Positions 49,201 through 61,722 of a stretch of DNA of 64,000 nucleotides are shown in pieces; the stretch's first letter is position 1; each line of letters begins with the position of its first letter. Below the pieces are notes generated by a model that did no database searches, was not told where the DNA came from, and saw only the letters and a program-made list of their open reading frames with translations. Location of the stretch: contig NC_058369.1 in NCBI RefSeq assembly GCF_018350175.1, forward strand, positions 20,958,001-21,022,000, read 5' to 3'. Origin of the DNA: Felis catus (lineage: Eukaryota). Both the position numbers and the translations under genes were made by a program.

Positions 49201-52200
49201 AGGTCCCTGAGCAAAGCTCTGCAGGGTCATGGGGCCAAGTGGGGGAAGCACTGGGCAGGTGGCCGAGGGCCCCAGTCCTGACCCCAGCAGCCAAGGCTGG
49301 GTACACGTGGGGCCCTGACAGGAGGGAGAAGCAAGAGCCACTATCCACGAGGCCCAGCACAGGAAGGCTCTCTCTCCCTATGTCTCTGGGAATCCTGAGG
49401 AAGGAGCGTGGCCCATGCCTACCTCCTCTCACTCCTGCAGGTGCTACCTGACTCTGACCGGGGCCCTGCACCTCAAGTTTGGGGGTGCCCCAGCTGGCCC
49501 AGCTGGCACAGGGAAAACCGAGACCACTAAAGACCTGGGCAAGGCCTTGGCCATCCAGACAGTGGTGTTCAACTGCTCTGACCAGCTTGACTTCATGGCC
49601 ATGGGCAAGTTCTTCAAGGGCCTGGCCAGGTGAGGCTGGGCATGAGGTTGGTCCAGGACAGGGCAGGAAGGCTGACCTCTCCCAGGGACACTGCCTGAGA
49701 CTCCCAGGAGCATCACAGGGTGGAGGAGGGGACAGGATGGAATAATAGCAGTCAAAGACTCAGTCCCTAATGGGCACTGGGCTGAGGTGGTGGGCGTTGG
49801 GAATATGTCCAAGCTGGCAGAGATGATCATTGTAAGCTTCCTCTCAGCAGAGTCACAGGGGGCTTTGGAGATGTCAAGTGAGCTCTGAGCTCATATCCCC
49901 CCATTGTTCTTACCTCATTCAGTGCTGGGGCCTGGGCCTGCTTTGATGAGTTCAATCGCATTGATATTGAGGTGCTATCTGTGGTAGCCCAGCAGATCAC
50001 CACCATCCAGAAGGCTCAGCAACAGCGTGTGAGCATCCGGGGTTCCACCACCACCCCATGCCTCCCTCAAGTTACCACCGCATCACTTCAACTATCCCCA
50101 GCATGCCCACGCTGCCACGTGGCTCCTCATACCGGCGGCATCAAAAGCCAGGCACTCAGGCCTGCCCTGAGCCCAGCCTGTCTCATCTCACAGGGGACTG
50201 GGCAGTCCCACTCCCCCTTGTGGAACTGTCCCTGAGGGGCTTTTGTAGCCAGTCAGAGAGCCCACGCCCTCGCCCCACTCCAGGTGTAACTTTCAGGCCG
50301 GCTGTGGTGGAGGAAGGGGTCCCTTATGGACATCCTGACCCTTATGGAAAGCCCCAGCCATTTGTCCCTTCTCTAGCCTCATTCAGAGTGGCCAGAGTTC
50401 TCCTCCTGGAGACAAGAACTGGGAGGCTGGCAGGTGCCCAACCCCACCCCAGTAGGGTGCTGGGTCCTAGTCAGAGCTGAGCTTGCCCAAGTCTAGGAGA
50501 ACCAGTGTCAGGAACTGGGGGTAGGGTGTGGGTAGCAGGGGATATGTGAAGACCTCAGGGAGCCGGGACCTGGGAGGCCGCTGGTAGCTACCGGGACCAG
50601 AGGTCTTAGGTCAGATCCTGAGGAGCCAATCCTCTCTCCTGGGCTGAGCAGCTATAGCTGGGACAGGGCATCCACAGGGAACAAGGGGCCCATCCAGAGA
50701 GGAGGCAGGTGAGTCAACCCCTCCCCTCCCCCCACGTAGGTGGAACGCTTCATGTTTGAAGGTGTCGAGATCCCACTCGTTCCATCCTGTGCTGTGTTTA
50801 TCACCATGAACCCAGGATATGCTGGTCGCACTGAGCTTCCTGATAACCTGAAGGCGAGTTTGGGCATAGGGCAGACCTAGTGACTTCTCAGGGTACTGGA
50901 AAGCCCTGCAGCTGTGGCCTCAGAGGTGCCATCAGGGATGATGACCCCCGTGGCAACCCTCCTGCCCAGTGTCCTGAGACCCACCCCCCCAGCCATGGAG
51001 AGGAGACCCCGGGCTCGTCCTCAGGTTTGGGAGAAGTCAGGGGGCAGGTTCAGGTCAATACGAAGGACCGATTTCTAATGAGTAGAGTGGTCCAGTCACA
51101 GGGGAGGATACACCTCAGCTACGGCAGGCAAGATGCAGAGGGGAATCCAAGCATCGGTGAGGCAGGAGGGTAGTGAGGCTGCCTTCTGAGAACCAGGCAG
51201 TCCAGAGAGTGAGTTGTGGTCTGGGAGGGGAGGCCTGCTTCTCCGTTCACGTGTGCACTCCGTGCCCCAGGCGCTCTTCCGGCCTGTGGCCATGATGGTC
51301 CCGGATTATGCCATGATCGCGGAGATCTCCCTCTACTCCTTTGGCTTCAACGAGGCCAGTGTGCTGGCCAAGAAGATCACAACCACCTTCAAGCTGTCTT
51401 CCGAGCAGCTCAGCTCCCAGGTGAGGAAGCCCTGCCCCGACCAGGTTCCAGGGTGTGAGAGCTGCCATCTGCTCTCGGTGAGCCCCATAGGATGGGAATT
51501 ACATCCCCACTTCTCAGCTGAGGGCTAGTTCAGATGCAAGGGAGGGCCAAACATTAGGAAACCAAGGGCCACACAACCCAAGGCTGAGGAACAAGTATAC
51601 TGGGTCTTACGGGAGCCCCGCTTCCCCCCAAGCCCCGCACCATGGGCCATCCATTCGGCATGCTGAGCCCAGCTTCTGGGACAGCTGCAGCGGACACCAG
51701 TGCGGACACCAGCACTGGTGGGTAAGCTTTCCCGTTTGGCTCCCTTCTCAGGCAGGCTCCCCCTTTGCAGTGGCAGAGATGAGCCAAGCTCTGGGCTTAC
51801 GTGCTGCCCGCTTAGTTTCTCTTTCTTAAGAGTTGTAGAAAAAGTCCCTGGTGTCATCCTAATGGGCCCCTTCTGGGTGACCTGCTCATGCATGAACACC
51901 AGTCACTGTGGCCAGGGGGAAGCCGTGCGGCCTTTGGCCAGGGGTGCCCCCCAAAACCCACGTGCTGGAGGAGATGCAGTCTGTTCCCAGGAAAAGCAGC
52001 AGCTGCCCGCCACAGTGCGGCCCGGGAGCCAGAACCCCTACACACCTTCTTTGTAACCGTCCACTTCCAAAGATGCTGCCCTCCCGTCAGACTCACTGTA
52101 CCCACGTGGTTCTGGAAAGGCAGTCAACCCTTCTCAAGTGCCAGTGACTCAAAGTGTAGCCCAGTCTCTTCATCCTGCTCCAAGTCTGAGACTTCTGGGA

Positions 52201-55200
52201 AGTCCGCTGGTCCGTGGGTCAGGTCCAGATGTAGCTCTCATGGTCTGGCCTCATAGACAAAAATGATAAATTTAAGGGGCACCTGGGTGGCTCAGTCGGT
52301 TAAGCGTCCGACTTCGGCTCAGGTCATGATCTCGCAGTTCATAGGTTCGAGCCCCGAATTGGGCTCTGTGCTGACAGTTCAGAGCCTCAAGCCTGCTTCA
52401 GATTCTATGTCTTCCTCTCTCTCTGCTTCTCCCCTGCTCATGCTCTCTCATACTCTTAAAAATAAGCATTAAAAAAAAAGATAAATTTAACTATTTCCAA
52501 CATACCTGCCTGCCATATAATGGAGAGAAACAGAACCAGTAAGTAGCAAAGAGAAAAGCCTTGGTCTTCCCGGTCGGTCCTTGTCGTGTGGCTGAAAGGG
52601 TGGGTCCAGAGAGATTTAAGAGATAATGTTAGAAGGAAGCTCAAAGGCCCTCAGGGCCAACCCTATTGTGGCACTAATGGGAACTCCTTTCACATTTTTT
52701 TCCTCTCTGCCCCTGGTGCAGTGCTGGGACTGCAGGACTCTGCCTGGGTCAGAGTCCTCATCCTCAGGGGCCAAGAGTTGAGCAGGGGATGCAGAATAAG
52801 TAAACTTGTGAAGGGAGAGGGCTGCTGGGATGGTAAATAGAAGGTGCCAGAGGAGTGCAAACGAGGGCACCTGGCTCAGGCTGGGGCATGTGGGCAACCA
52901 CAGATAGCTGTCGGGGGAAGTGACATTGTAGCTTCCAGCTGGGTGAGGGCCAGGTACCAGGTGGGAGACAGAGTGTTCCAGGCAGAAGCCCCCAAAGGGA
53001 CAATGCCCACCCACCCTTCCTCCTGTGTGGTGGTGACAGGATCACTATGACTTTGGGATGAGAGCTGTGAAGACAGTGATCTCGGCTGCTGGCAACCTCA
53101 AGCGAGAAAACCCCAGCATGAATGAGGTGAGCTCCATCCAGCAGCACACCCAGGCGGGCCTCCAGGATAACTCAAGAGGGGCCAGAGGCACAACCGACCT
53201 GCGTCCCCTGAAGGCCCCACTGGCCTCTGCTGCAGGAGCTGATATGCCTCCGGGCTATCCGAGATGTGAACGTGCCCAAGTTCCTGCAGGAGGACCTCAA
53301 GCTCTTCTCTGGGATCGTATCAGACCTGTTCCCCACCATCAAGGAGGAGGAGACTGACTATGGCATCCTGGACAAGGCCATTCGCCAGGTCTGTGAGAAG
53401 AGCAACCTCAAGGATGTGGATGGTGAGCCCCTGGCCCCTGCCCTCACAGTGCTGGGGTGGCCATCCCGGGGTTCCAGGGCAGGGGCGCAGAGACAGGGCA
53501 ATACTGCCTCAGGCCAAGAGTGCCACAGGCTGGGGACTGCCAGCAGTCCCTGCCCCAGCCTTGTCTCCACTAGAAGCTTCAGGTAATAGATGTCTAGGAA
53601 AATGTCCTCTGTCCCAATCATGCTTCTGATACCAGATGTGCAAGTTTCCCAATTCTTTAGCACCAGCTGGCTGTCCCACAATTCAATTCAGTTCTGACAC
53701 TAATCAGAGTCCCAAGTCCCAAGTAGTCACAAGTGGTGAGCCCCCAGGTTACCCACAAATTTTCTCTAGCTTGGCCACAAATCAGAAATTCCATGACCCC
53801 CTCCTTAGGTTTGACCATTCACTAGAACAGCTCACAGAACTCAGGGAAACAAGTTTACTACTTATAATATAATAAAGGATATGAGCAAGGTTACAGACAA
53901 ATAGCCAGATGAAGAGATACATAGGGTGAGGTCTGCCCCCTTGGAGTTGGGGGTGAACCACCCTCCCAGAACATGGATGTGTTCGCCTACTAGAAAGCTC
54001 TCTAAACCCCATGCTGTAGGGATTTTTATGGAGTCTTCATCATGTAGGCATGATAAAATTTTAATTGTTATCAATTATTCTCCACTTCCAGCCCCTCTCC
54101 CTTCTCTGGAGAATAGGGGAGTGAGCCTGAAAGTTCTAGGTATCTAACCATGGTTTGGTCTTTCTGGTGACCAGCCCCCTTCCAGGAGCCCACCACCAAG
54201 AGGTGCCTCATTAGAACAAAAGACATTTCTAGCACTCAGGAAATGACAAAGGTTTTAGGAGCTCTGTGTCAGGAACCAGGATCAAAGGCTAAGTATTAGA
54301 AAAGAAGATTCTCCTAGCATCCTATTTATAATGGTTTGAGGAGCTCTGCCTCAGGACCCCGGGGCAGAGACCAATGTATATTTTGCTGGTTATTTTACAC
54401 TGGGGAAGCAAATCCTGTTGTCTCCCCCAGACGTCTTGCTGTGGTCCCTCTCTCCACGTGGGGAGTAGTCACAGCACTTCGGCTCCTCTTGGGCCCTGTT
54501 CCTCCCTGACAGGAGCTCTCCTCTGCTCTGTCTTCACCTGCCTGGGGTGGGAATCACTGGGGAAATGGTGAGCTGTGGCCTGCCCACACCCACCACCCCA
54601 CTTCACCCCGACCCCAACTCCCCTCTTTTGGAGCAAAGCATGTCACTCCCTTCTTCAGGACTTGCTCATACTCCTCATGGAACACAGCCCTGTTGTTGTT
54701 GGGCTAAGGAGCATTTGGGCTTTTCTTGAACTGGATTGTCAGAAAAACCACCACACAGTTGGAAGAACTCTGTGGGATGCCCTCATCAGTCTCCCTCTCG
54801 CCCCAACCCTCTTTCCCAATAGAAGGTGGGGGTCTCAATGCAGCCGCTGCACAGTCATGCAGCTTGAGCTCTGGTCCCACCATCCCCTAGCCCGGCTCAC
54901 CTTTCCTCTCCTCCTAGACCCTCCCTGCCTGTCCTTTGTGAAGAAGGGGGGTGCTTCCCCAGGAAGTCACACCTGGCTGTTCTGGCCACCCTGGCTACAC
55001 GGGGCCCTCTCTGGGGCCTGATGTGCTCATGCTGCAAGGCCTGTCCCCCATGCCTTCCACTGTTCATTCCACATGCAGCTCTGATGCCCCTTCCCGCCCA
55101 CCAGGTCCCAGCAGGCTTGTTGAATGGAGCCTCAAAATCTCTTGCTCATGGCTTTGGCTCAGCTTAGCCATCACTGAATGAGTAGACCATGTCTCATTAA

Positions 55201-58200
55201 CAGGGACCCCCAGGCATGTGGTACCATAGCTCCCTGCCACTCCCCAAGCCGCTCTTGGGCCAAAGTGATATGCTCATTCTCTACCTGTGGGTCTGGCCCT
55301 CTGCCCACCACTGGCAGCTATCCCTACAGCTCTGGTCTTGGTCAGTCAAAGCTCCTGACTGACTCTCAGGTTTTGTCCCTGGGATTTTGCCACGTATTGG
55401 CCACCATTTACTCAGGGCAGTGCTTTCGGCAGGAGCTGACGTTGCTTCTGGGGCCTGTGCCAGCTGGACACCTGACCAATGGATGTTAGGGACTGATGGT
55501 CACAGTGGCAATCATGGCTGGCCATTAGCAGAGAGTCCCTACTCTGTGCCAGGCTCTGTGCTCAGGGCTTCACCTGCCCCCTCCTTTGAAGTAGGCACTA
55601 TTGTCAGCCGCATTTTATAGATGAGGAAACTGAGGCTCAGGGTGACCCACCTGAGGTCACACAGAGAGCTAGTGGCAGGGCCAGGACCCAAGCCCATGCT
55701 CTGCCCCCTGGGTTCCATTTGCATGTCCCTCCAGGCTTCCTGACCAAGTGCATCCAGCTCTACGAGACCACGGTGGTACGGCACGGCCTCATGCTGGTCG
55801 GGCCCACAGGCTCTGGCAAGAGTAATGTAAGTGGAGCCAAGCCAGGCGATCCAGCACCCAGACAGTGGGCCTGAGGGTGGTGGGGCCTCAGTGGGGTCTT
55901 GGCCCCCATTTGTACCTCTGTGGTCTCTAGACTACCCCTCCTGCCCCTGTGATCTGCAACCCACTCCAGCCCTGTTCTCTGGGGAACAAGGAGGCTCACT
56001 CTTGGGTGGCTGCCTCCCCAGTGTTACAGAGTCCTGGCAGCCGCCATGACGTTGCTGAAAGGGCAGCCATCCATCAGCGGTGGTGTGTACGAGGCTGTCA
56101 ATTACTACGTGCTTAACCCCAAGTCCATCACGATGGGCCAGCTGTATGGAGAATTTGACCTGCTCACCCATGAGTGGTGAGTGGTCCCAATCCCTCTACA
56201 GTTATCACCCTGTGCCTAGGCTTCTGGAGGCTGTGAGCCATGCGTCCCCCTCCCCACCCTAGCCCAGTGGGAGGTCAGGAGCTCAGGCTCTGGAGCCCAA
56301 GTGCCTGGAACCCTATTCACCACTGCACTTCCTTGCTGAGTGACCTTCCTCACTCCCTGGGTCTTGGTGCTGTCGTCTGCAAAGTAGGGATAATAATGGC
56401 ACCATGATTGCCATAGAAAATGACCTTGACATAAAGAAGATGTTTGGACAGCATGGCACATACCAAGTTTTCAGTAAATGTTGCCTGGTGTCATGACCCC
56501 AGAGGGTTGGCGATTCCTCTCAGGGCCTCCATGCCCTGGCAGACACATGCATGTCAGGGAAAGTGCCTTGAGCTGGAGAGGGCAACTAAGTGGACACCGT
56601 CCAAATGTCAGCATGTGGGAGGCTCTTCTCTGGGGGGATTCTGTTTCTCTCAATAAGTTTCCAGTCTCTGCTGGGGACTTTTGCTTGGCTCCAGTGTTCT
56701 GGGGCCCAGAGAGGGGCAGTCACCTGTCTTTCTAAATGTGAGTCTGGCCTGCTCCCACATTTCTGGTGAAGGGTCTCAGCTATACCCACTCTAGGCCCCT
56801 GCATGGGTAGGTGGGGGGCCTGGGGATCAGACCAAAAACATGTCCCCCTACCCACCAGTTTCCCTGGCATTTGGGGCCTTTGAAACCTGAGCCTTCTTGG
56901 GTTCTGTGGCAGGAACTGGATACATCTCGTGACCCATCCCTTGCTTTTTCTGCTAGGTCATTGACCTCTTATCCTTCTCTTTCCATGTCCCAGAACTCTG
57001 TGGACCTCCATTTCTGCTGTTGCCTCCTCCCCCGTTTCCTTTCTTTTCCCCAGGATATCACCTTTTTATCCTCTTTTTAATGGAGATTCAGCAGAGAAGG
57101 AATATAAGCACACATTTTTATAACCCCATGTTTTACCAAAAAGTCCCATTTCCCCCATTATAGTTTTTCAATGAATGAAGATATTGAAGGGAAAAATACC
57201 CCAGCAGAGCAAGGCCAGACTGGCAGCCAGATGTCTCTGGGATTCAGCTGTGCTTGCTGCCCTGTATCTGGGCACCTACAGCCCTCTCCTCCTGGTAACT
57301 GCAGGACAGATGGGATTTTCTCCTCCCTCATCCGGGCGGGGGCCATCGCCTCTGATACCAACAAGAAGTGGTACATGTTCGATGGGCCAGTGGATGCTGT
57401 CTGGATAGAGAACATGAACACGGTGCTGGATGACAACAAGAAGCTGTGCCTTAGCTCTGGGGAGATCATCAAGCTCACAGAGGTATGTCTACCTGTCCAT
57501 TTCCCCGGCTCTCCTCTGCATCTGGGTGGACCTGACGGCCACAGCATGCTGGCCATCCTCGTCCCCCTCCATCTCAGGACCACAGCTGCACCTCAGCCCA
57601 TCCCCACAACCTTTTGGTGTCCCTCTCCGTCCCAAGCTCCCATACTTGGCCACGTCTTGTGCAGCTGCTCAGAGCTGCCCATCTGCAGACCCACAGTCTG
57701 TGATGCTCTGGGCCTAGGTCCAGGATGACCACCCACAAGGCTCTGCCTTGTGCCTCCCAGGCCCCCTTGCAGCCATGTCAGCCCAGTCTGAGTCAGGCAT
57801 CTTAGCAACATGACAGTCGTATGGGAGACAGGTGGTCCAGACCTGGCTGTAGGGACACCTGCCTGGTGTGTGAGGTGCAGTTCTCAGAAGAGGAGGTATC
57901 ACCTGGGTGTAAGAGCAGTTCATGGTATCCACACTGAGCTGATCTCTTGAGCCCTTCTGAGAACACCCAGAGATTCTGGAGCATAGCAGGCAGCTCCCAT
58001 CAGATTTCTCTGTGGCTCCAGGGACCCCAATATGCCCCAGTCCACTATACTGGCCAGAGAGTAATCAGGAATCTCCTGACTTTTGTTCTCCTCAAGACTC
58101 CAGGGAGGGATATTTTATCAGCTGAAGACCAAGGGGTTTCTGCATCCCTTCCACCCCAGCACTGCTCCTGGTGTACATCCCACCCCATGGCCTGCCTACA

Positions 58201-61200
58201 GTTGCAGGATGGGCAACTCCTCCCCATGGCTCTGTGGCCCTAGGAGCTGGTGGCTGGCCCACTCACACAGTTCATGTCCTGCCAGGCAATGACCATGATG
58301 TTCGAGGTGCAGGACCTGGCAGTGGCCTCCCCAGCCACAGTGTCCCGCTGTGGTATGGTGTACCTGGAGCCCAGCATCCTGGGGCTCATGCCCTTTGTCG
58401 AGTGCTGGCTAAGGAGACTCCCTGACTTATTCAAGCCCTATGAGGAACAGTTCAAGGCCCTCTTTGTTGGCTTCCTGGAGGTAAGCAAGTCCACAGTGTG
58501 CCTGGCCCAGGTGGGGCAGCCAGGTGCTGTGGCCGCCAGCCACAAGAGCCGGGTGCTCATCCCCTATAGGGGTCCATAACTTTCATCCGGAACTCGGTAA
58601 AGGAGGTGATCGCCTCCACCAACAGCAACCTGATCATGAGTCTCCTCAAGCTGCTGGACTGCTTCTTCAAGCCCTTTCTGCCTAAAGAGGTATGGCTCTG
58701 AGCAAGTGGGGCTGGGTGCCTTCTCCTTTCTGCCCCCTGCTCTCCTTGCCCGAGTACCAGAGGGCCCTGAACCCCACGCCCAGCTTCCTGGAAGAGAGAT
58801 TCAGATCGGCTCACATGGGTCACGGGATCACCCCATCAGGTGTGCTGCAGAGACACCAAACTATGCAGCAGAGGCCAAAGGATGCCCCCAACCTCTGCCT
58901 CCTAGGGCTACTCAGTACTATTCTTGCCTTGGCCTGATATTATTCCCACTATCCCCAGGGCCTCAAGAAAATATCCCCAGAAAAGCTGAGTCGCATCCCA
59001 GAGCTGATTGAGCCCTGGTTCATCTTCTCCCTGATCTGGAGTGTGGGTGCCACAGGGGACAGTGCCAGCCGCATCAACTTCAGCCACTGGCTCAGGATCA
59101 AGATGAAGATAGAAAAAGTGAGAGGCAGCAGTGCCCACCCCCCCCACCCCCCCACCCCCCCCACCCCCCGCCAGGCTGGGCTCCCAAGTCCAGGATGTGT
59201 GTGCTGAATGCCAGGTGTTCTGGGACCATCCATGGGACTCGGGCCCCCAGGGACAAGTAGCCACACAAATTCCTGGGCCTCACAGCCTGGTTTTCCTCTG
59301 GTCCCTTGAAGCTGACCATGCCCTTCCCAGAGGAGGGGCTGGTTTTCGATTATAGGCTGGAGGACGCCGGGATCAGCAGCACTAAGGACGATGAGGATGA
59401 AGATGAGGAAGGCAAGAAGGTGAATGCAGGCCTGTGCCGAGGGGACAGGACAGGACGGGAGGCGCCCCACTGGGTGGTGGCTAAACTTCTCGGTGAATCC
59501 TGACTACAGAGAGGAGGCCATGTTGATGGCCACAGGTCTCAGGTGGTGGTTATTTGCATTATCTCGTATCCTCACAGATCCACAGTATACCTATTATCAT
59601 GCCCATTTTCCAGACAAGGAAATTGAGGCTCAGAACAGTCATCCCCAGCCAGTGGATGACAGAGCTGGACTTGAACCTGGGACTGGGAGCTGTTCCTAGA
59701 GTTCCTCCCCTACCAACCATATGCATTGACTCCTCTGTGTTGATGCCGAGTCCAGGGATGTTCACCTCAATTCTACTAAAAGTCCCATTTTCCTAAGGGC
59801 TGGGCACCCTAAGGGCAGGGCAGCAAGCCCTCAAGGCCTACTTTGGTGTCCCATTCATTCTATCAGCCAGCGAGGGCTCTGTGAGCCTACTCTGCTTCTA
59901 GGATCAGAATCCTAACCCAGGAGGAAGAGGGGGCAGAGAGGCGTTTGCGGAGATGGCCACTATGCATGGGGCTGGAGATCTCACAGGGCACATTTGAGTC
60001 TAACAGGACTGTCCCCAGTGTGACCTGTGCTTGACCATAGTGAGGACCCTCATCGGGGGAGGTCTGCAAGCTGGGTCAAGGAATTCATGCAGGTGGGATG
60101 GTGTGGGGAGATGAGGCCAGGTGACCTCAGCACCTGTGGTTCTGGTCCCCCCTCCCCTGCCTTGGATAGCCTGAAATTAAATAGCGAAGGCCTTTGACTT
60201 CTGGGCTGTCCACTTGCTGGAACACTTCTTTGATGCAGAGACCCACAGCTTCCCTAGGAAGCTGCCCACGAGGGCAGCCGTGTGCAGAGAGCTCCCCCAC
60301 TCGCAGTGGTTTGTTCTGGGGTTCCCCATGGTGTGCAGAGAGTAGGGCACAGGCTTCCTATTTCAGTCAGAAACAGCCCCTTACCCGGGCTCTCTTGCCA
60401 AGGCCTAGCAGTGCAGCTCCTTGCCCTCCTGGTGCACTTGGCCAGAGTGGGGTTCTGGGCCCAGCCCTGAGCTACCTGTGGTTCCAGGTTGCCTGGGTCA
60501 AGTGGATGGACTCCTCGACTCCGTTCACCATGGTGCCAGATACCAACTACTGCAACATCATCGTGCCTACTATGGACACAGTGCAGATGTCCTACCTGCT
60601 GGACATGCTGCTCACCAACCACAGGCCCGTGAGTGCCCCTGCCATGCCCTGTCTCACCCAAACTAAGGCCCAAGTCAGGGGGTGGCTGGCCTCCCATATT
60701 GACAGGGTGGCAGCTCCTGCTGTGTGCCAGACCCTGGGAGAGTTTTGAATACGTGATCCCTGTTCTCCTAGGTGCTGTGCATCGGGCCAACAGGCACAGG
60801 GAAGACCCTCACCATCTCCGACAAGCTCCTCAAGAACCTGCCGCTGGAGTACATCAGCCACTTCCTCACCTTCTCAGCCCGAACCTCGGCCAACCAAACC
60901 CAGGACCTCATCGACAGCAAGCTGGACAAGAGGTAGGCACCTCATTCCTTTCTATGTCCCGTGTCCTCCCAGCCTGGCTCAACCAGCTGCTTTCTCAGCT
61001 CCTTACCAAATTATGCTCTTGGGTTTGCCGAGACCTTCCTGGAGGGCCCTGGGCTCCTTTGCAGACTGTTCTGGAGCCGTCATCCATCAGAAATGCCTAC
61101 TAGGCCCAGCCATGGGTGCTTGCCCTGGGCTGGGTACTCGGGTGGGGCTTGTTATGTGTCTGCATGGGAGGCAAGACTCACCTTGAGGGAGCCCAGACTC

Positions 61201-61687
61201 AGGGCAGCCAAGTGTGATGTCCTAGGATGTTCAGAATGGGACAAGGGGCTGCTCAAGAGATCCAACAATTCAGAGGAGGCTGAAGGTAGTTGCCATCCTG
61301 CCACCCCTGGGTTCCCAGAGGACCTGGTACCAATGGGTGCTAGGCTCACACAGCCCCTTCCCACAGGCGGAAGGGTGTGTTCGGACCACCCCTGGGGCGC
61401 AACTTCATCTTCTTTATCGATGACCTGAACATGCCAGCCTTGGAGACGTATGGTGCCCAGCCACCCATCGAGCTGTTGCGCCAGTGGATGGACCACGGTG
61501 GCTGGTATGACCGCAAGGTCATTGGTATGTACCCTCTGGCCTGAGCCAGTGGGGTGCGGGCTGGGTGTGCTGGGCAGGGCCAGGGCATCTGTTAGGCAGG
61601 GTAGGCACAGCGCCCAGTGCCCACAGTACTTTTAGAGGGTCCACAGAAATGTTTTGATTTAAAATTTTTTTTTAATGTTTATTTGTT

Positions 61688-61722
<35 letters not shown>

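Noticed and set aside
50706..50714. Strong donor-like CAG|GTGAGT in intron 30
   Set aside because: Only 31 nt from the exon 31 acceptor, too short for an intron; no supported upstream exon
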